Below, one piece after another: positions 30,836-40,976 of a DNA stretch of 64,000 nucleotides. The DNA comes from a candidate division Kazan bacterium (GTDB lineage: Bacteria > Patescibacteriota > Kazan-3B-28). The position numbers were made by a program, and so were the translations under genes. The notes below the pieces were generated by a model, which saw only the letters and a list, made by a program, of their open reading frames with translations, was not told the DNA's origin and did no database searches. The stretch's first letter is position 1. Each line of letters begins with the position of its first letter. The stretch covers positions 65,151-129,150 of the forward strand of contig QMNG01000002.1 in NCBI GenBank assembly GCA_003647645.1, given 5' to 3'.

Positions 30836-33800
30836 CAAATACTTACCTAGGCCACGGCTGATGCTGCCACAAGCCCAAAGGTCCAACCTCAGTTGGATAG
30901 CGATCGGATTGGGCGTAGCCGCCTTGGCGGTGATCATCTGGGTGCTGCTGTTGCCACCCCGGTTAACCCCTCCCCCGGTTCACATTTACGATGGTGAAAA
31001 TATACGCTATGAGCTGCGTCGGGGCACCTATGTTCAAGTTGACGAAACTAGAACTGCCAGCGTTGGGTTGGCTGAATATAGTTTGGAATTAAATTTTGAC
31101 AAACAACAGATTAGTCCGATGATTGGCTCCAGTCTCAAAGGCACTATTCAATTGTTAAATAATGGTGTGTCGGTTGACCAAATGCCGGAGTCGCTCTGGT
31201 CCCAAGTATCCAAAAGTGAGACTCCAACTCCCAGAGTTTATTTGAAAACCTATGGGGTCTATGGCTGGGGATGTTCAACCTACCAGCCACAGATGGCAAT
31301 TCTTGGTGAAACTGAATCGGGTCAATTAGCGGCCAAGGGCTTAAGTTCGTCGCTAAAGACTGACTGGGATGCGTGCGGGCCAACAACTAAATATATTTCC
31401 ATCAAAAGGTACAAAACCCCCGATCTATCTTCGTATATTTACTCTCCGCAGGCGATTCAGGTTTTGGATGAAAAAAATAATCTAGTTTCGACTTATCTTG
31501 ATCTCAGCCAAGGCCAAGCTGAATTTGAGTTTGTATATCAGGGCGGACGTTATGCTCCCTATTTGGAGTTTGAAATATTCAATTCGCTGCAGCAGGATAT
31601 CTACACTCGCAAAATTGTTCCATTTCAGGACCAAAAACAATCAGTAATTGACGTAGCCGATCCAACGATTCAAAAGGGCAGAATTAACTATCAGGTTGAA
31701 TTTAGCAGCGAGGCGTTGACTGCTGAACAGGAAGAAACTATTCGGATAGATATTACGGCTCTTGACAGTGCAACTGGCGAAGTTCACGATCTTCCCTACC
31801 AGCGCGTGAAAGTGTGGGCCTATCCTTTGGCATACTATGTCAAGTACACTCAGCGTTCGTTTGTGCCTTTTGACTCTCTGTTTGTTGAAAAAGGAATTCT
31901 GGAGCAGCCGGGTGAATTTATTGGAGATCTGACAAATGGCAAAGTTGATGATGCCATTGTTGATTCTAACAACAGGCATAAGACATTGCTCTATGACAAA
32001 GGCGAGTATATTGAGGCTGACTTGATAGACGGTAAAACTAGTGTTTATTTCAAGTACAACGGCAAGTACCGCCAGTCTCCCCATTTAGCATTTGTGGTCC
32101 AGCCCGCCAATTACGATTATGAATACACTATTGAAAAGCTTCAGAAATTTGGTGGCGATGTTTTTTCTGGAAAGCAGTTTATTTATCCGGCTGCTCCTCT
32201 TACCACGCCTAGATATTCAACCGAAATGCCTCCTCGTCCCGACTGGCCGGACGATATAGAAGATATTGAATTTTTGAAGGGAATTGATTCGGACTACGTA
32301 TTTTTGTATGAACAATGGCAGCGTAATGATGCTGTGGTCAACGAAAATTATTCAGTAACAACTTTGCCGATTAAGATCCCCAAAGGGACGGCAGAAAAAA
32401 TAAACTGGCTGTTTATTTGGCGCAGCTGGATGTGGTTGGTAGCTCCGGCTATTGCTGCTGCAGTTGGCCTCATTTTGTTTTATATTGCCCGCCGCCGCAA
32501 AGTTAATATTTTCAGCCAACGCGGCAAACGGATCGCCGCCAATCCACGAATTGGGCATCTCTCTCTTTTGTCCAAACGCGGAGTAATTGCTGTTGCGTTT
32601 GTGGCCGCTGCGGCAATACTGGTTTTTGCAATGGTGGTAAACTACGACACTAGTTTGGCTGAACTGCCTGATGCCGGGCTTAAGGACAGTTTTCCCCCGG
32701 CTAACCAACAGCAAGCAGGCCCTAGCTCTGGTTATCGATTGGATATTAGTTTTGAGAACGATATTCTTAATCCTTATCCGGGTGGCATATCCAAGGGTGT
32801 TGTTCGGGTGCTGGATGCCAACGGTCAAATCTTGCCGGTGGACGGAACAGTTAGTTTGGTCGAGGGAGTAATTGATTTTGATTTTAATATCCGTGAGACT
32901 CGTCCAGTTTTGCGCCAAACCGACAGGCGCAGCAACTACGGTGAAATTCGTGGTTTAGAAAGTATTCGCCGGGAAATTATTGATCCCGCTGTAATTGAAT
33001 TAGTTAAAGAAGAAAATAACTCTGCAGGGATATTGGAAGGCATCCTTGAGAACAATACAGATTTAATTGGCGGGGATCAGGCAGCCGATGCTGTTCGGGA
33101 TATTATTGGTACGCTTACCGACATTATTGATGAGTACTACGTTATTCCAGTTGAAGTAAAACCCAGCACCGATTTCTGGGAGCCGGGCTGCTCTGTCGAT
33201 GTATTTTCGGGCCGTGTTAAATGTAGCGAAGTGCTGCTGCTTCATAATGGCGTAGCTGAGTTTGAATATATCAGCCACGGGGTCCGGTATCCTTACACAA
33301 CCTTCTCAGTTATGGCCCGTGAGGTTCCCTCCCAACATCTAAAGATCTATAACCAAATTAATTATGAGTCGTATGCGCCAGGTCTGGCCATAGACAACGA
33401 GGAAGCGGCCAGTGCCTATCGGCTCGCCTCGTGGGGCATTGACAGAGATTTCAGACAGTATCAGGAAGACCTTGCCCGAAATGATTACTCGTTGCCTCCT
33501 GCCTCAGTTTGGACGCTTAAATCAGTTCCTTTCGGCCGATATCAGGATTTTACTCCTCCGCTTCCCGCTGATGATTCCATCCAAACCAAAGTGGATTATT
33601 ACTATGAAATTAAATCCAGTGTCGCTAAGCCCGAGTTAACCGAGGGAAACCGTTTCCAAATCACCATTGTACCCCGGGCTTTGGCCGGCAGATCGGTTCC
33701 CAGCAATATATCTAATCGCGCCATACTAACTATTTTGCCAAGCTATGATCCTGTGGATGACAATAGTGATGATGCGACTGATGTGAAAATATACGCCGCC

Positions 33801-34262
33801 AAGCTGGCCAAGCCGGGGAGCGGCGAATTGGTCGAGGAAATTAAATTGGTCCTTACTGATAAGCCAGTTACTGTCGATCTTGAGTTTACCGGGGAGGCGT
33901 CAATCCTTCCTTACCTCAAATTTAATCTTAAAGTGTTCGGAGTTGAAGGGTATCCGGAATACATGAAATTTGATGATCAAATATATAAAGATTCAATTCC
34001 ACAAGCAACACTAAATACAGTGATTCGGAACCAATCGCCTTATTATCGCGTTGAGAGTCCGGAAATTATGACTATTAGCGCGTCGGTTCCCCTGCGGACG
34101 GCCAATCTTTGGGGAGTTATTAAATCGTCTGATGTTTATCATTTTGGCTGGTGGTTCATTGCCTCACAAATTATTCAAATACTTGCTGCCGGTATGATGA
34201 TTATAATCTTTAGAAAACGTCGGCGCAGCCGCCCGAGATCGAACCATGAAAAAGAAAAATAA
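30819..34262 (+). CDS. Surface protein, tandem paralog C (two family units fused)
   Basis: Unit 1 has LPYQRV and VQPANY; an internal TM pair follows; unit 2 is divergent (YRLDISFENDILNPYPGGISKG, GVAEFEY). Confidence 0.75.
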   Translation: MKRATNKYLPRPRLMLPQAQRSNLSWIAIGLGVAALAVIIWVLLLPPRLTPPPVHIYDGENIRYELRRGTYVQVDETRTASVGLAEYSLELNFDKQQISPMIGSSLKGTIQLLNNGVSVDQMPESLWSQVSKSETPTPRVYLKTYGVYGWGCSTYQPQMAILGETESGQLAAKGLSSSLKTDWDACGPTTKYISIKRYKTPDLSSYIYSPQAIQVLDEKNNLVSTYLDLSQGQAEFEFVYQGGRYAPYLEFEIFNSLQQDIYTRKIVPFQDQKQSVIDVADPTIQKGRINYQVEFSSEALTAEQEETIRIDITALDSATGEVHDLPYQRVKVWAYPLAYYVKYTQRSFVPFDSLFVEKGILEQPGEFIGDLTNGKVDDAIVDSNNRHKTLLYDKGEYIEADLIDGKTSVYFKYNGKYRQSPHLAFVVQPANYDYEYTIEKLQKFGGDVFSGKQFIYPAAPLTTPRYSTEMPPRPDWPDDIEDIEFLKGIDSDYVFLYEQWQRNDAVVNENYSVTTLPIKIPKGTAEKINWLFIWRSWMWLVAPAIAAAVGLILFYIARRRKVNIFSQRGKRIAANPRIGHLSLLSKRGVIAVAFVAAAAILVFAMVVNYDTSLAELPDAGLKDSFPPANQQQAGPSSGYRLDISFENDILNPYPGGISKGVVRVLDANGQILPVDGTVSLVEGVIDFDFNIRETRPVLRQTDRRSNYGEIRGLESIRREIIDPAVIELVKEENNSAGILEGILENNTDLIGGDQAADAVRDIIGTLTDIIDEYYVIPVEVKPSTDFWEPGCSVDVFSGRVKCSEVLLLHNGVAEFEYISHGVRYPYTTFSVMAREVPSQHLKIYNQINYESYAPGLAIDNEEAASAYRLASWGIDRDFRQYQEDLARNDYSLPPASVWTLKSVPFGRYQDFTPPLPADDSIQTKVDYYYEIKSSVAKPELTEGNRFQITIVPRALAGRSVPSNISNRAILTILPSYDPVDDNSDDATDVKIYAAKLAKPGSGELVEEIKLVLTDKPVTVDLEFTGEASILPYLKFNLKVFGVEGYPEYMKFDDQIYKDSIPQATLNTVIRNQSPYYRVESPEIMTISASVPLRTANLWGVIKSSDVYHFGWWFIASQIIQILAAGMMIIIFRKRRRSRPRSNHEKEK

Positions 34263-36024
34263 CCCAAAAATCATTCTGGCTGTCATTGGTCTACTGATTG
34301 TAGCTGGCTTGGCTGGATGGCAACTTTATCCTCGGTCTGTGATTATGGCCGAAGATAGAGCGCTGGTTAAACAGACCAACGAGCATACTTATGAGTTATT
34401 GGTCAAATTTGAAAAGCCAATTTATCACTCAATCATTAAGTCATCAGTTCGAGCTGAAATATATTTATTGGAAGACGGCCAGCCGGTTAGCGAAATACCG
34501 GAAGAGTTCGGCAGTGATCTGTCACCGGTTCATCTTAACATTACTCCCATAGAATCTAGTGCTATTAATCGTGAAGCTAATTCAAATGATTGGAAGATGA
34601 TGACATATTTGCGCTCACCCCAGGCCCAATCCGAATGGAAGTTCGATTATCTTAACGGTACCGACACTCTGTCGGGAACGCTGGGATTGGCGGCCAAATA
34701 TACGCCAGTGTATAACGTTTACCGCCGGGAATTTACTAATGGCTACGCTGAGTTTGAATATATTTATGGGAACGCAATGAATGTTCCTGATGTTCTGTTC
34801 GAAATCGAAGCTGTATTTTTGGGAGGCTTCGGTAAAATTGAGCGGATTATCCGCTTTGACCCCCCTCCCCTCCCTAATGAACTTGTTGATGCCAAAGTAA
34901 TTTCTGCGGGAGATTTTTACTATGATGTTGAGATTATTCCAACATGGCAAAACACCACATACAATCTGTATTACACCTTTACTGAACTAGAAAAGAGCAA
35001 AATGTGGTTTGAAAAAAAGAATTTGGATGAATACTATGATCAGCTTGTTAGAAACATTCCCGAACGTGTTCTGAAAATTAAAATTATATCCCGCGACAAA
35101 GCTACCGGCGAGATAAATACCAATCCTTATCAACGCGTTAAAGTTGAAATGGTTCCGTTGTTCTATGTTGATGCCGAAGATGATACTCATTTTGAATTTC
35201 CCGGCCGGCTAGTTGGGCAGTATAGCCGGAGTGTAACGGCAATGCCCGACTATGCAGCCGATTTAGGATTTACCGGGCTGATCGAAACTATGCAAGATGT
35301 CTACTTGTCTGGGATTCTTAACTCTCGCGGCGAGTCCGTCAGGGTTTTCGCCAATGGCAAGCCCGTCGTCGGCTATGACCCAGTCCACTGGTTTGCCTAC
35401 CATTCAATTCCCTCAGGCAAACATACTGATCCATTCCGCCGAGTGCAGCTGGATGTTGATCTTGTAGACGGGGTCGGAGAGGTTGTGTTTAATCCCAATC
35501 TTCAGTATGCCGATGCCAACGTTATTACCCAGCGGGTTATCGAAGACGGGGGTAGCGAAGATATGGCTCAAAAAATTATTCGTAACGCCGGCATTAACGA
35601 AGCTGTTAAGAATAAAAGTATGCCACAAGTAATCATTACAATCAGACCCGAAAACTATAATCTTCGGGGATATTCAAAGTGTGGCCACCGTTTAACCAGC
35701 AACACCCTGAAATCTATTCCAACGGGGAGTTATCGTGAACAAGCAGAAATTTGTCTGCCGGATAAAGCTGCGTCGCAGCGAGACAGTGAATTTTTGTATC
35801 AAAAGTGGATGGACGATGAAAGTATCAAAGAGCGCGTCTACACGGCGGTGGCTTTGTCGCCCGATGATCTATTGCGCTCCGATGTACCCATAGAGCCGCT
35901 GGCACCAAAACAAGTAATTTCATGGATACTAATATTGGCCGTTTTGTCACAAGTCATTCAGGTGATCGGAGGCAGCGTTATATTAATTGTTCAAAGGCGC
36001 AAACAGAAACGCAACAAATTATGA
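34246..36024 (+). CDS. Surface protein, tandem paralog D
   Basis: NPYQRV, DVDLVDG, RPENY and WMDDE. Confidence 0.75.
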   Translation: MKKKNNPKIILAVIGLLIVAGLAGWQLYPRSVIMAEDRALVKQTNEHTYELLVKFEKPIYHSIIKSSVRAEIYLLEDGQPVSEIPEEFGSDLSPVHLNITPIESSAINREANSNDWKMMTYLRSPQAQSEWKFDYLNGTDTLSGTLGLAAKYTPVYNVYRREFTNGYAEFEYIYGNAMNVPDVLFEIEAVFLGGFGKIERIIRFDPPPLPNELVDAKVISAGDFYYDVEIIPTWQNTTYNLYYTFTELEKSKMWFEKKNLDEYYDQLVRNIPERVLKIKIISRDKATGEINTNPYQRVKVEMVPLFYVDAEDDTHFEFPGRLVGQYSRSVTAMPDYAADLGFTGLIETMQDVYLSGILNSRGESVRVFANGKPVVGYDPVHWFAYHSIPSGKHTDPFRRVQLDVDLVDGVGEVVFNPNLQYADANVITQRVIEDGGSEDMAQKIIRNAGINEAVKNKSMPQVIITIRPENYNLRGYSKCGHRLTSNTLKSIPTGSYREQAEICLPDKAASQRDSEFLYQKWMDDESIKERVYTAVALSPDDLLRSDVPIEPLAPKQVISWILILAVLSQVIQVIGGSVILIVQRRKQKRNKL

Positions 36025-37559
36025 AAAAAAATATGAACAACAAAATGATCTACATAGCAGCCAGCTTTATGGTTATGCTGTTGCTGATGGGCGGAGGTGT
36101 GCCAAGTATAGCTCAAGGACTTTTGGCATCTTCGGGCCCCTCTGCGGCGGCCTATTCACTTAGGGTGGCATTTGACGAACCGTCCATTAGTCCTCTTCCG
36201 GGATCAATTATTTCCGGTCGAGTGGTCCTGTTGCAAAATGGAGAGCCGTCCAAGTCAATTCCGGCGGACCTATGGCCGGACAATGTCCGGGAACAGTTCA
36301 CGCCGCAACTTGATATTAAAGTTGGAGGTGTGCGTAATGTTTATTATTATCGGGGCGAGTATGAATATGGACGAGAATCTTCCCAGCACCGGCTGGCGGT
36401 CAGCGAGTCTGCTCTGCTCAAGACCCAGATATTTTCCCCTCAGGCTACTAACCAGTGGGACTACCCGATTAATGGGGACAAATTTTTAGCCACGTTGGAT
36501 TTCTCGTCTGGCGATGCTCAGTTTAGCTATGTCTACGGCGGCGGGGCGGTTGGTAATAAGCTTACATTTGATTTTACTGCTCGCTTCTTTGATACAAATG
36601 TTTTAGCGTCAGAAGTTTTGCCATTTGGCAGCGGTATAGACGACATCATCCGATCTCAAGATTTAAATCGGCAGGTTAAAGGTAATTTTTATTATGACGT
36701 GAGTTTTGATACAATTTCAGTCAACAAAGACAGGCAGCGGCATGTAAAAATTACCATCACGGCTAAAGAAACACACAACAATCAGATCTATGATAATCCC
36801 TATCAGCGTGTGCGCGTGGTACTGCGGCCTATTCGGGTTGAATATGATCCCAATGCCAGAGATTTCATTGCCAAAACTACATTCTATTACCCCGGGCAGT
36901 TCCGCGGCACGAAACTTTTTGTAAATGAGAAAGCTAATTGGGCCAAGACGGCCGTTTACCATTCATCCTATAAGCTGCGTGATTATCCGCAAAATGTCAG
37001 ATCCGAGCCCTATGAAAATAATTTCAATGCAGTTGAGCTTGACTTAGTCAACGGCAAAGGCGAGGTTTGGTTTACCTACGAGGGTCAGCAGGGGTTTGTT
37101 CCCTATGTCTCTTTTCGAGTTTCCCCAACTGATTACACTCGAGGTAATCGTCAATATGCGTCAAACAGTACGTCGTACAGGACCAAATTAGAGATTCCCC
37201 GTCGGCCGCCGGACTTTGTGATGTTGTACGGCACATGGATGAAAGATGATTCGTTGGCTGAGAGAGTTTTTACGATTGCTTCCCTGCCGATTGCCAATCC
37301 AGCCGCTAATTACGTTCCTCCGTCATTGGGCAGTCCAGTTGAGGTAATTCTGGAGGACATTGAGAATAATTCACTGAAGCAAAATTACGATGCTGTCCAG
37401 CCGCAGACCCCGACTACCGATGGGGATGAATTGCCGCTTGCCAAACACAATCGGCAGGCAATCTGGTGGCTCATTGGTTTTCACATCAGTGTGGTCTTAC
37501 TTGGCGGAGCATTAATCTTTATACTAAAAAGGAAAAGAAAGAGTTATGGAAAAAACTAG
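36021..37559 (+). CDS. Surface protein, tandem paralog E
   Basis: NPYQRV, ELDLVNG, SPTDY and WMKDD; start set at the ATG overlapping the upstream stop. Confidence 0.75.
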   Translation: MKKNMNNKMIYIAASFMVMLLLMGGGVPSIAQGLLASSGPSAAAYSLRVAFDEPSISPLPGSIISGRVVLLQNGEPSKSIPADLWPDNVREQFTPQLDIKVGGVRNVYYYRGEYEYGRESSQHRLAVSESALLKTQIFSPQATNQWDYPINGDKFLATLDFSSGDAQFSYVYGGGAVGNKLTFDFTARFFDTNVLASEVLPFGSGIDDIIRSQDLNRQVKGNFYYDVSFDTISVNKDRQRHVKITITAKETHNNQIYDNPYQRVRVVLRPIRVEYDPNARDFIAKTTFYYPGQFRGTKLFVNEKANWAKTAVYHSSYKLRDYPQNVRSEPYENNFNAVELDLVNGKGEVWFTYEGQQGFVPYVSFRVSPTDYTRGNRQYASNSTSYRTKLEIPRRPPDFVMLYGTWMKDDSLAERVFTIASLPIANPAANYVPPSLGSPVEVILEDIENNSLKQNYDAVQPQTPTTDGDELPLAKHNRQAIWWLIGFHISVVLLGGALIFILKRKRKSYGKN

Positions 37560-37866
37560 CTCACACTCAATCACTTTCAGGATACTACTGTCTATTATTT
37601 GCGGCTTTGTTGTTTTGTTGGTCGTTATTTGGTTCTTTAAAGAAGATATTGATCTAGCAGTTGTTCCCGAATCTATGGCCAGTTCTGAATTAAATATCTC
37701 ATCTGTGGCCCCGGACAAAACTGATACAGACGACCTTTTGCCGTCGCAGGAATATGCCCAAAGTTTGTTGAGTGATCCCAGCAATTTTGACACCAAAAAA
37801 TTTGAGCAGATGCTGCCGGCTCAGTCGTTGATGCACAGCCAAGATATGTTTTTGATGGGCTTTTAG
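37546..37866 (+). CDS. Small membrane-anchored hypothetical protein
   Basis: N-terminal TM; overlaps the upstream gene. Confidence 0.55.
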   Translation: MEKTSSHSITFRILLSIICGFVVLLVVIWFFKEDIDLAVVPESMASSELNISSVAPDKTDTDDLLPSQEYAQSLLSDPSNFDTKKFEQMLPAQSLMHSQDMFLMGF

Positions 37867-37884
37867 TGAATGTCCAGCCCTCGG

Positions 37885-38577
37885 CTATTTCTTTTTAGAC
37901 TTAGCCGCCGGCCCAGTCGCCGACTTAGAGAGTCTCTGGACTCGGAGAGAGGGTCTCTTGGCCCGGAGGGTAATATTGGCCTCGCGGATGTAGATGGGCA
38001 GAACTTGTTTAAAAGTTTTCGGTAACTTGGCGTTATCCAGCATGGCCTCCATTTTGTCGGTTCGGCTAAGGTTAGGGATAAAAATCGTTCCGGCCTTTTT
38101 TAATTGCTCGTGGATTTTGGGAATGAGTTCCACATCATCTACATACACTCTGTCCCCCGCCTTAATTTGCCTGTTCAGATTATTGGTTGCGATTAACCGT
38201 GGTTTGTTTTTGTTTTTTTGGATGAAAAGTTCATTGCGTTTAGCATCGAGAATGATCAGATCAATTTTAGGATAGAATTTTTTGATAATATCAAATTCGT
38301 TCACACCCAGCACCGGAATACGCAACCCAAAACCAAAGCCGTTGGCAACTGTTATGCCAACTCTTAAGCCCGTGAACGAGCCCGGCCCCAAATTAACCAC
38401 TACTCCCTTAATTTCTTCTTTGGTTATCTTCACAGATCTTAAGAGTTTCGCAATCTGTGGCAAAAGTTCCTCGGATTGGTTGCGCCTGGATTCCCAAGTA
38501 ATAACCTCTCTGTTAATTCCAATAGCGGTTTCTGGTCTGCTGGTGTCGATTCCCAAAATATTTTTAGCTACAGCCAC
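37885..38577 (-). CDS. tsaB: tRNA threonylcarbamoyladenosine biosynthesis protein TsaB
   Basis: ILGIDTS, GPGSFTGLRVG, DAKRNE and PIYIR; start uncertain (GTG 38577 chosen). Confidence 0.9.
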   Translation of the reverse strand: MAVAKNILGIDTSRPETAIGINREVITWESRRNQSEELLPQIAKLLRSVKITKEEIKGVVVNLGPGSFTGLRVGITVANGFGFGLRIPVLGVNEFDIIKKFYPKIDLIILDAKRNELFIQKNKNKPRLIATNNLNRQIKAGDRVYVDDVELIPKIHEQLKKAGTIFIPNLSRTDKMEAMLDNAKLPKTFKQVLPIYIREANITLRAKRPSLRVQRLSKSATGPAAKSKKK

Positions 38578-39031
38578 AACTTTTTGTATTCTTGAAGATA
38601 TATTTTTTCGTTTCCGGAAATTTAAACATAAATCCCCGCGATTTTTCACTTTGGTATTTTATCTCTACCCAAATCGTATCATCCGGCAGATATTTTTTTA
38701 TCTTTTCCGGCCATTCAATTGCTGTAACCACATCGCCTAATACATCCAAAAGACCAATACCGCGGATGTTGCTTCCGGTGCGGTACAAATCAAAGTGATG
38801 AAAATTAAACTTCCGTTTAGGTACTTCATAAATTCGCTCCAGCACAAAAGTTGGGCTAGTGATATTGTCCTTTATTCCCAAACCCTTGGCTAAACCTTGG
38901 GTGAAGCTTGTCTTTCCACTACCAAGCCCGCCCATAAGCGCGAATGTTTCATTGCCCTTTAGATTTTTCCCGATCAATTCACCAAGTTTGTGCGTTCCTG
39001 ACAAATTTGTGGTAATAGTTTGAATTTTCAT
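38564..39031 (-). CDS. tsaE: tRNA threonylcarbamoyladenosine biosynthesis ATPase TsaE
   Basis: GLGSGKT, TSPTF, HFDLYR and IEWPE. Confidence 0.95.
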   Translation of the reverse strand: MKIQTITTNLSGTHKLGELIGKNLKGNETFALMGGLGSGKTSFTQGLAKGLGIKDNITSPTFVLERIYEVPKRKFNFHHFDLYRTGSNIRGIGLLDVLGDVVTAIEWPEKIKKYLPDDTIWVEIKYQSEKSRGFMFKFPETKKYIFKNTKSCGCS

Positions 39032-40976
39032 AAATCTTCTTGTTTCTCCATACCCAGAATACTATAGCGGCCTTAGCAAAACTAACCAATAATATACCCC
39101 ACCAAGCGCGATTATGTAATCCGCTGGGCGGCAGCTCAAATAGAATTGGGGCTGCCGCGATAGGTTCATCTTCTTCCTCTAATACAACTATGTTCGGTGC
39201 TCCCGGCGTCGGTGGGTTAGCCCACGTCCACCCACCGTCATCCATCAACACATAAGCAGCACCTTTTGGCGCCTTGTCGGGATAATTAACAAAGTCAATT
39301 TCATTGCCAGAAGGGTCCAATAGCATCAGCGATTCTCCGCCGCTGTTATTGAGATGAATATCAGAAACACTTTGGACAATAATTACATACTGATCGGGCC
39401 TAATAATAGAATTGTTTACAGATTGAATGGCGAGTTGAAAATCATTGATAGTGTAAATTTTTCCACTGGCGTCTTTCAGTTGCCACTGCGACAGATTAAT
39501 ATCTTTGCCAGCCAAATTGTGCAATTCAATAAATTCGTCGCCTTCGGATGGATTGGGTAGAAGTTCGCAAATAACAATATCTCCGGCTTCAAATTGGATT
39601 GTATTGAGTTTTTCATTGGTGATTTTGTCCTTTTCATCCAATTTAAGCTTGGGTTCTGGTTCATCTTCAGGCTCGGGCTCGGCTGGCTGGGTTTCTGTCA
39701 GCACATTCGAACCATTGGGGGTCGGTGTTTTGGTCCACAGCCAGCCCTCCGGGAAGCGGGCCAAGGTCATTCCCTGCTGAGCCTTATCATAATTTAGCTC
39801 ATCCAAGATAAAGTCATTGGGCTGAATTAGATGGACCGAATCGCCGCTGTCATTGAGAGTAATTTTGCTGTCAGGTTTATAAATTATGAGGAAACTTTTA
39901 GCACCGATGGTTTTATTTTCAAAAATATAGGGGTTTGAACCTCCGTTTACAATGTCATCAAGCTGCCAGCCGGACAGGTTGATAGTTTTATCTCCAAAGT
40001 TATATAGTTCAATGTATTCGTCGTTGCTGGTGGTATTCGGTTGCGGATAAATTTCATTAATTCGAACAGTTGTGGTTAGATCATACTCCGGCGGCGGCTC
40101 TAGGATTGTAATTGCAGAGGGCAGAACGGCTATTTTCCCATCAGGATTGGTAAGTTGAATGTCCCATTCGCCGGTTTGGGCTCCAGCAATGTCAAATTTT
40201 ACATAATCGATTAACGAATCCGATACCACATTTACCTCGACGCCGACGCGGGTGGCAGAATCTCTAATTAATTTTATCTCGGGTACAGGATCAATGCTGA
40301 AATTTGTGCCGACTATTTCTTCAACCTCAAATATTTCGCCGGCCTCGATTTCATTGGGAACAACAGATGCGATTGTGGGCGGGTAAGTCAGTTCAGAATT
40401 ATTAGCTGCCGGTGTAGCTAAATCCAAAATACCTTCATCAAGGTTAACGGCTGCCACGGCGTCGTGCCAAGAAACAAAATCAGCATCTCGCTCCATCGAA
40501 GTTTTTAGCGCATTGTCTCCCGCTGGTGGAGTTTTACCGTCACCGGCAACATCAACCAAGTTGTTGGGGTTGGAAAAATCGCCGGAATACAGCTTAATTT
40601 CAAGCGAAGTATTGGATAAAGTGATTGAACTGTTTACTAGATCTGGTTCAATCGCTAAAACAGAATTTTCAGCACCAAAATTGGCTATTACAAAATATCC
40701 CCCTGCCTCAAGGCTGGTAGCATCAGGAATAGTAACCATTAATTTTTCTTCGCCTGTGTTTTTGGTGATTTCCCAATTGCCAATATCGACAGCTTCAGCC
40801 GTTGGATTATACAACTCTATCCATTCGTCTTGAGTGCTCATGGAGCTGCCTGCCCATGCCAGCTCATTGATGATGACATTAGGAGTGTTTTGGGCAGAAG
40901 TTCTTGTAACCAGCCAAGGTGACACAAGCAAAGCACCTATCGCAAGGCCAGCAACAAATTTCACAGCTCTTTTCAT
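38979..40976 (-). CDS. Secreted protein with three lamin-tail (LTD) domains and an LPxSG-TM-basic C-terminus
   Basis: Repeated INE...EWIELYN...W.L.D...TP motifs; LPPSG then a hydrophobic helix and RNKK. Confidence 0.8.
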   Translation of the reverse strand: MKRAVKFVAGLAIGALLVSPWLVTRTSAQNTPNVIINELAWAGSSMSTQDEWIELYNPTAEAVDIGNWEITKNTGEEKLMVTIPDATSLEAGGYFVIANFGAENSVLAIEPDLVNSSITLSNTSLEIKLYSGDFSNPNNLVDVAGDGKTPPAGDNALKTSMERDADFVSWHDAVAAVNLDEGILDLATPAANNSELTYPPTIASVVPNEIEAGEIFEVEEIVGTNFSIDPVPEIKLIRDSATRVGVEVNVVSDSLIDYVKFDIAGAQTGEWDIQLTNPDGKIAVLPSAITILEPPPEYDLTTTVRINEIYPQPNTTSNDEYIELYNFGDKTINLSGWQLDDIVNGGSNPYIFENKTIGAKSFLIIYKPDSKITLNDSGDSVHLIQPNDFILDELNYDKAQQGMTLARFPEGWLWTKTPTPNGSNVLTETQPAEPEPEDEPEPKLKLDEKDKITNEKLNTIQFEAGDIVICELLPNPSEGDEFIELHNLAGKDINLSQWQLKDASGKIYTINDFQLAIQSVNNSIIRPDQYVIIVQSVSDIHLNNSGGESLMLLDPSGNEIDFVNYPDKAPKGAAYVLMDDGGWTWANPPTPGAPNIVVLEEEDEPIAAAPILFELPPSGLHNRAWWGILLVSFAKAAIVFWVWRNKKIYENSNYYHKFVRNAQTW

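Noticed and set aside
35922..36020. ORF-track start of paralog E
   Set aside because: It would overlap the upstream gene by ~100 bp; ATG 36021 gives a normal signal peptide and an ATGA overlap.
27508..37559. Diversity-generating retroelement targets
   Set aside because: No reverse transcriptase, and no near-identical template/variable repeat pair seen; the paralogs are highly diverged.
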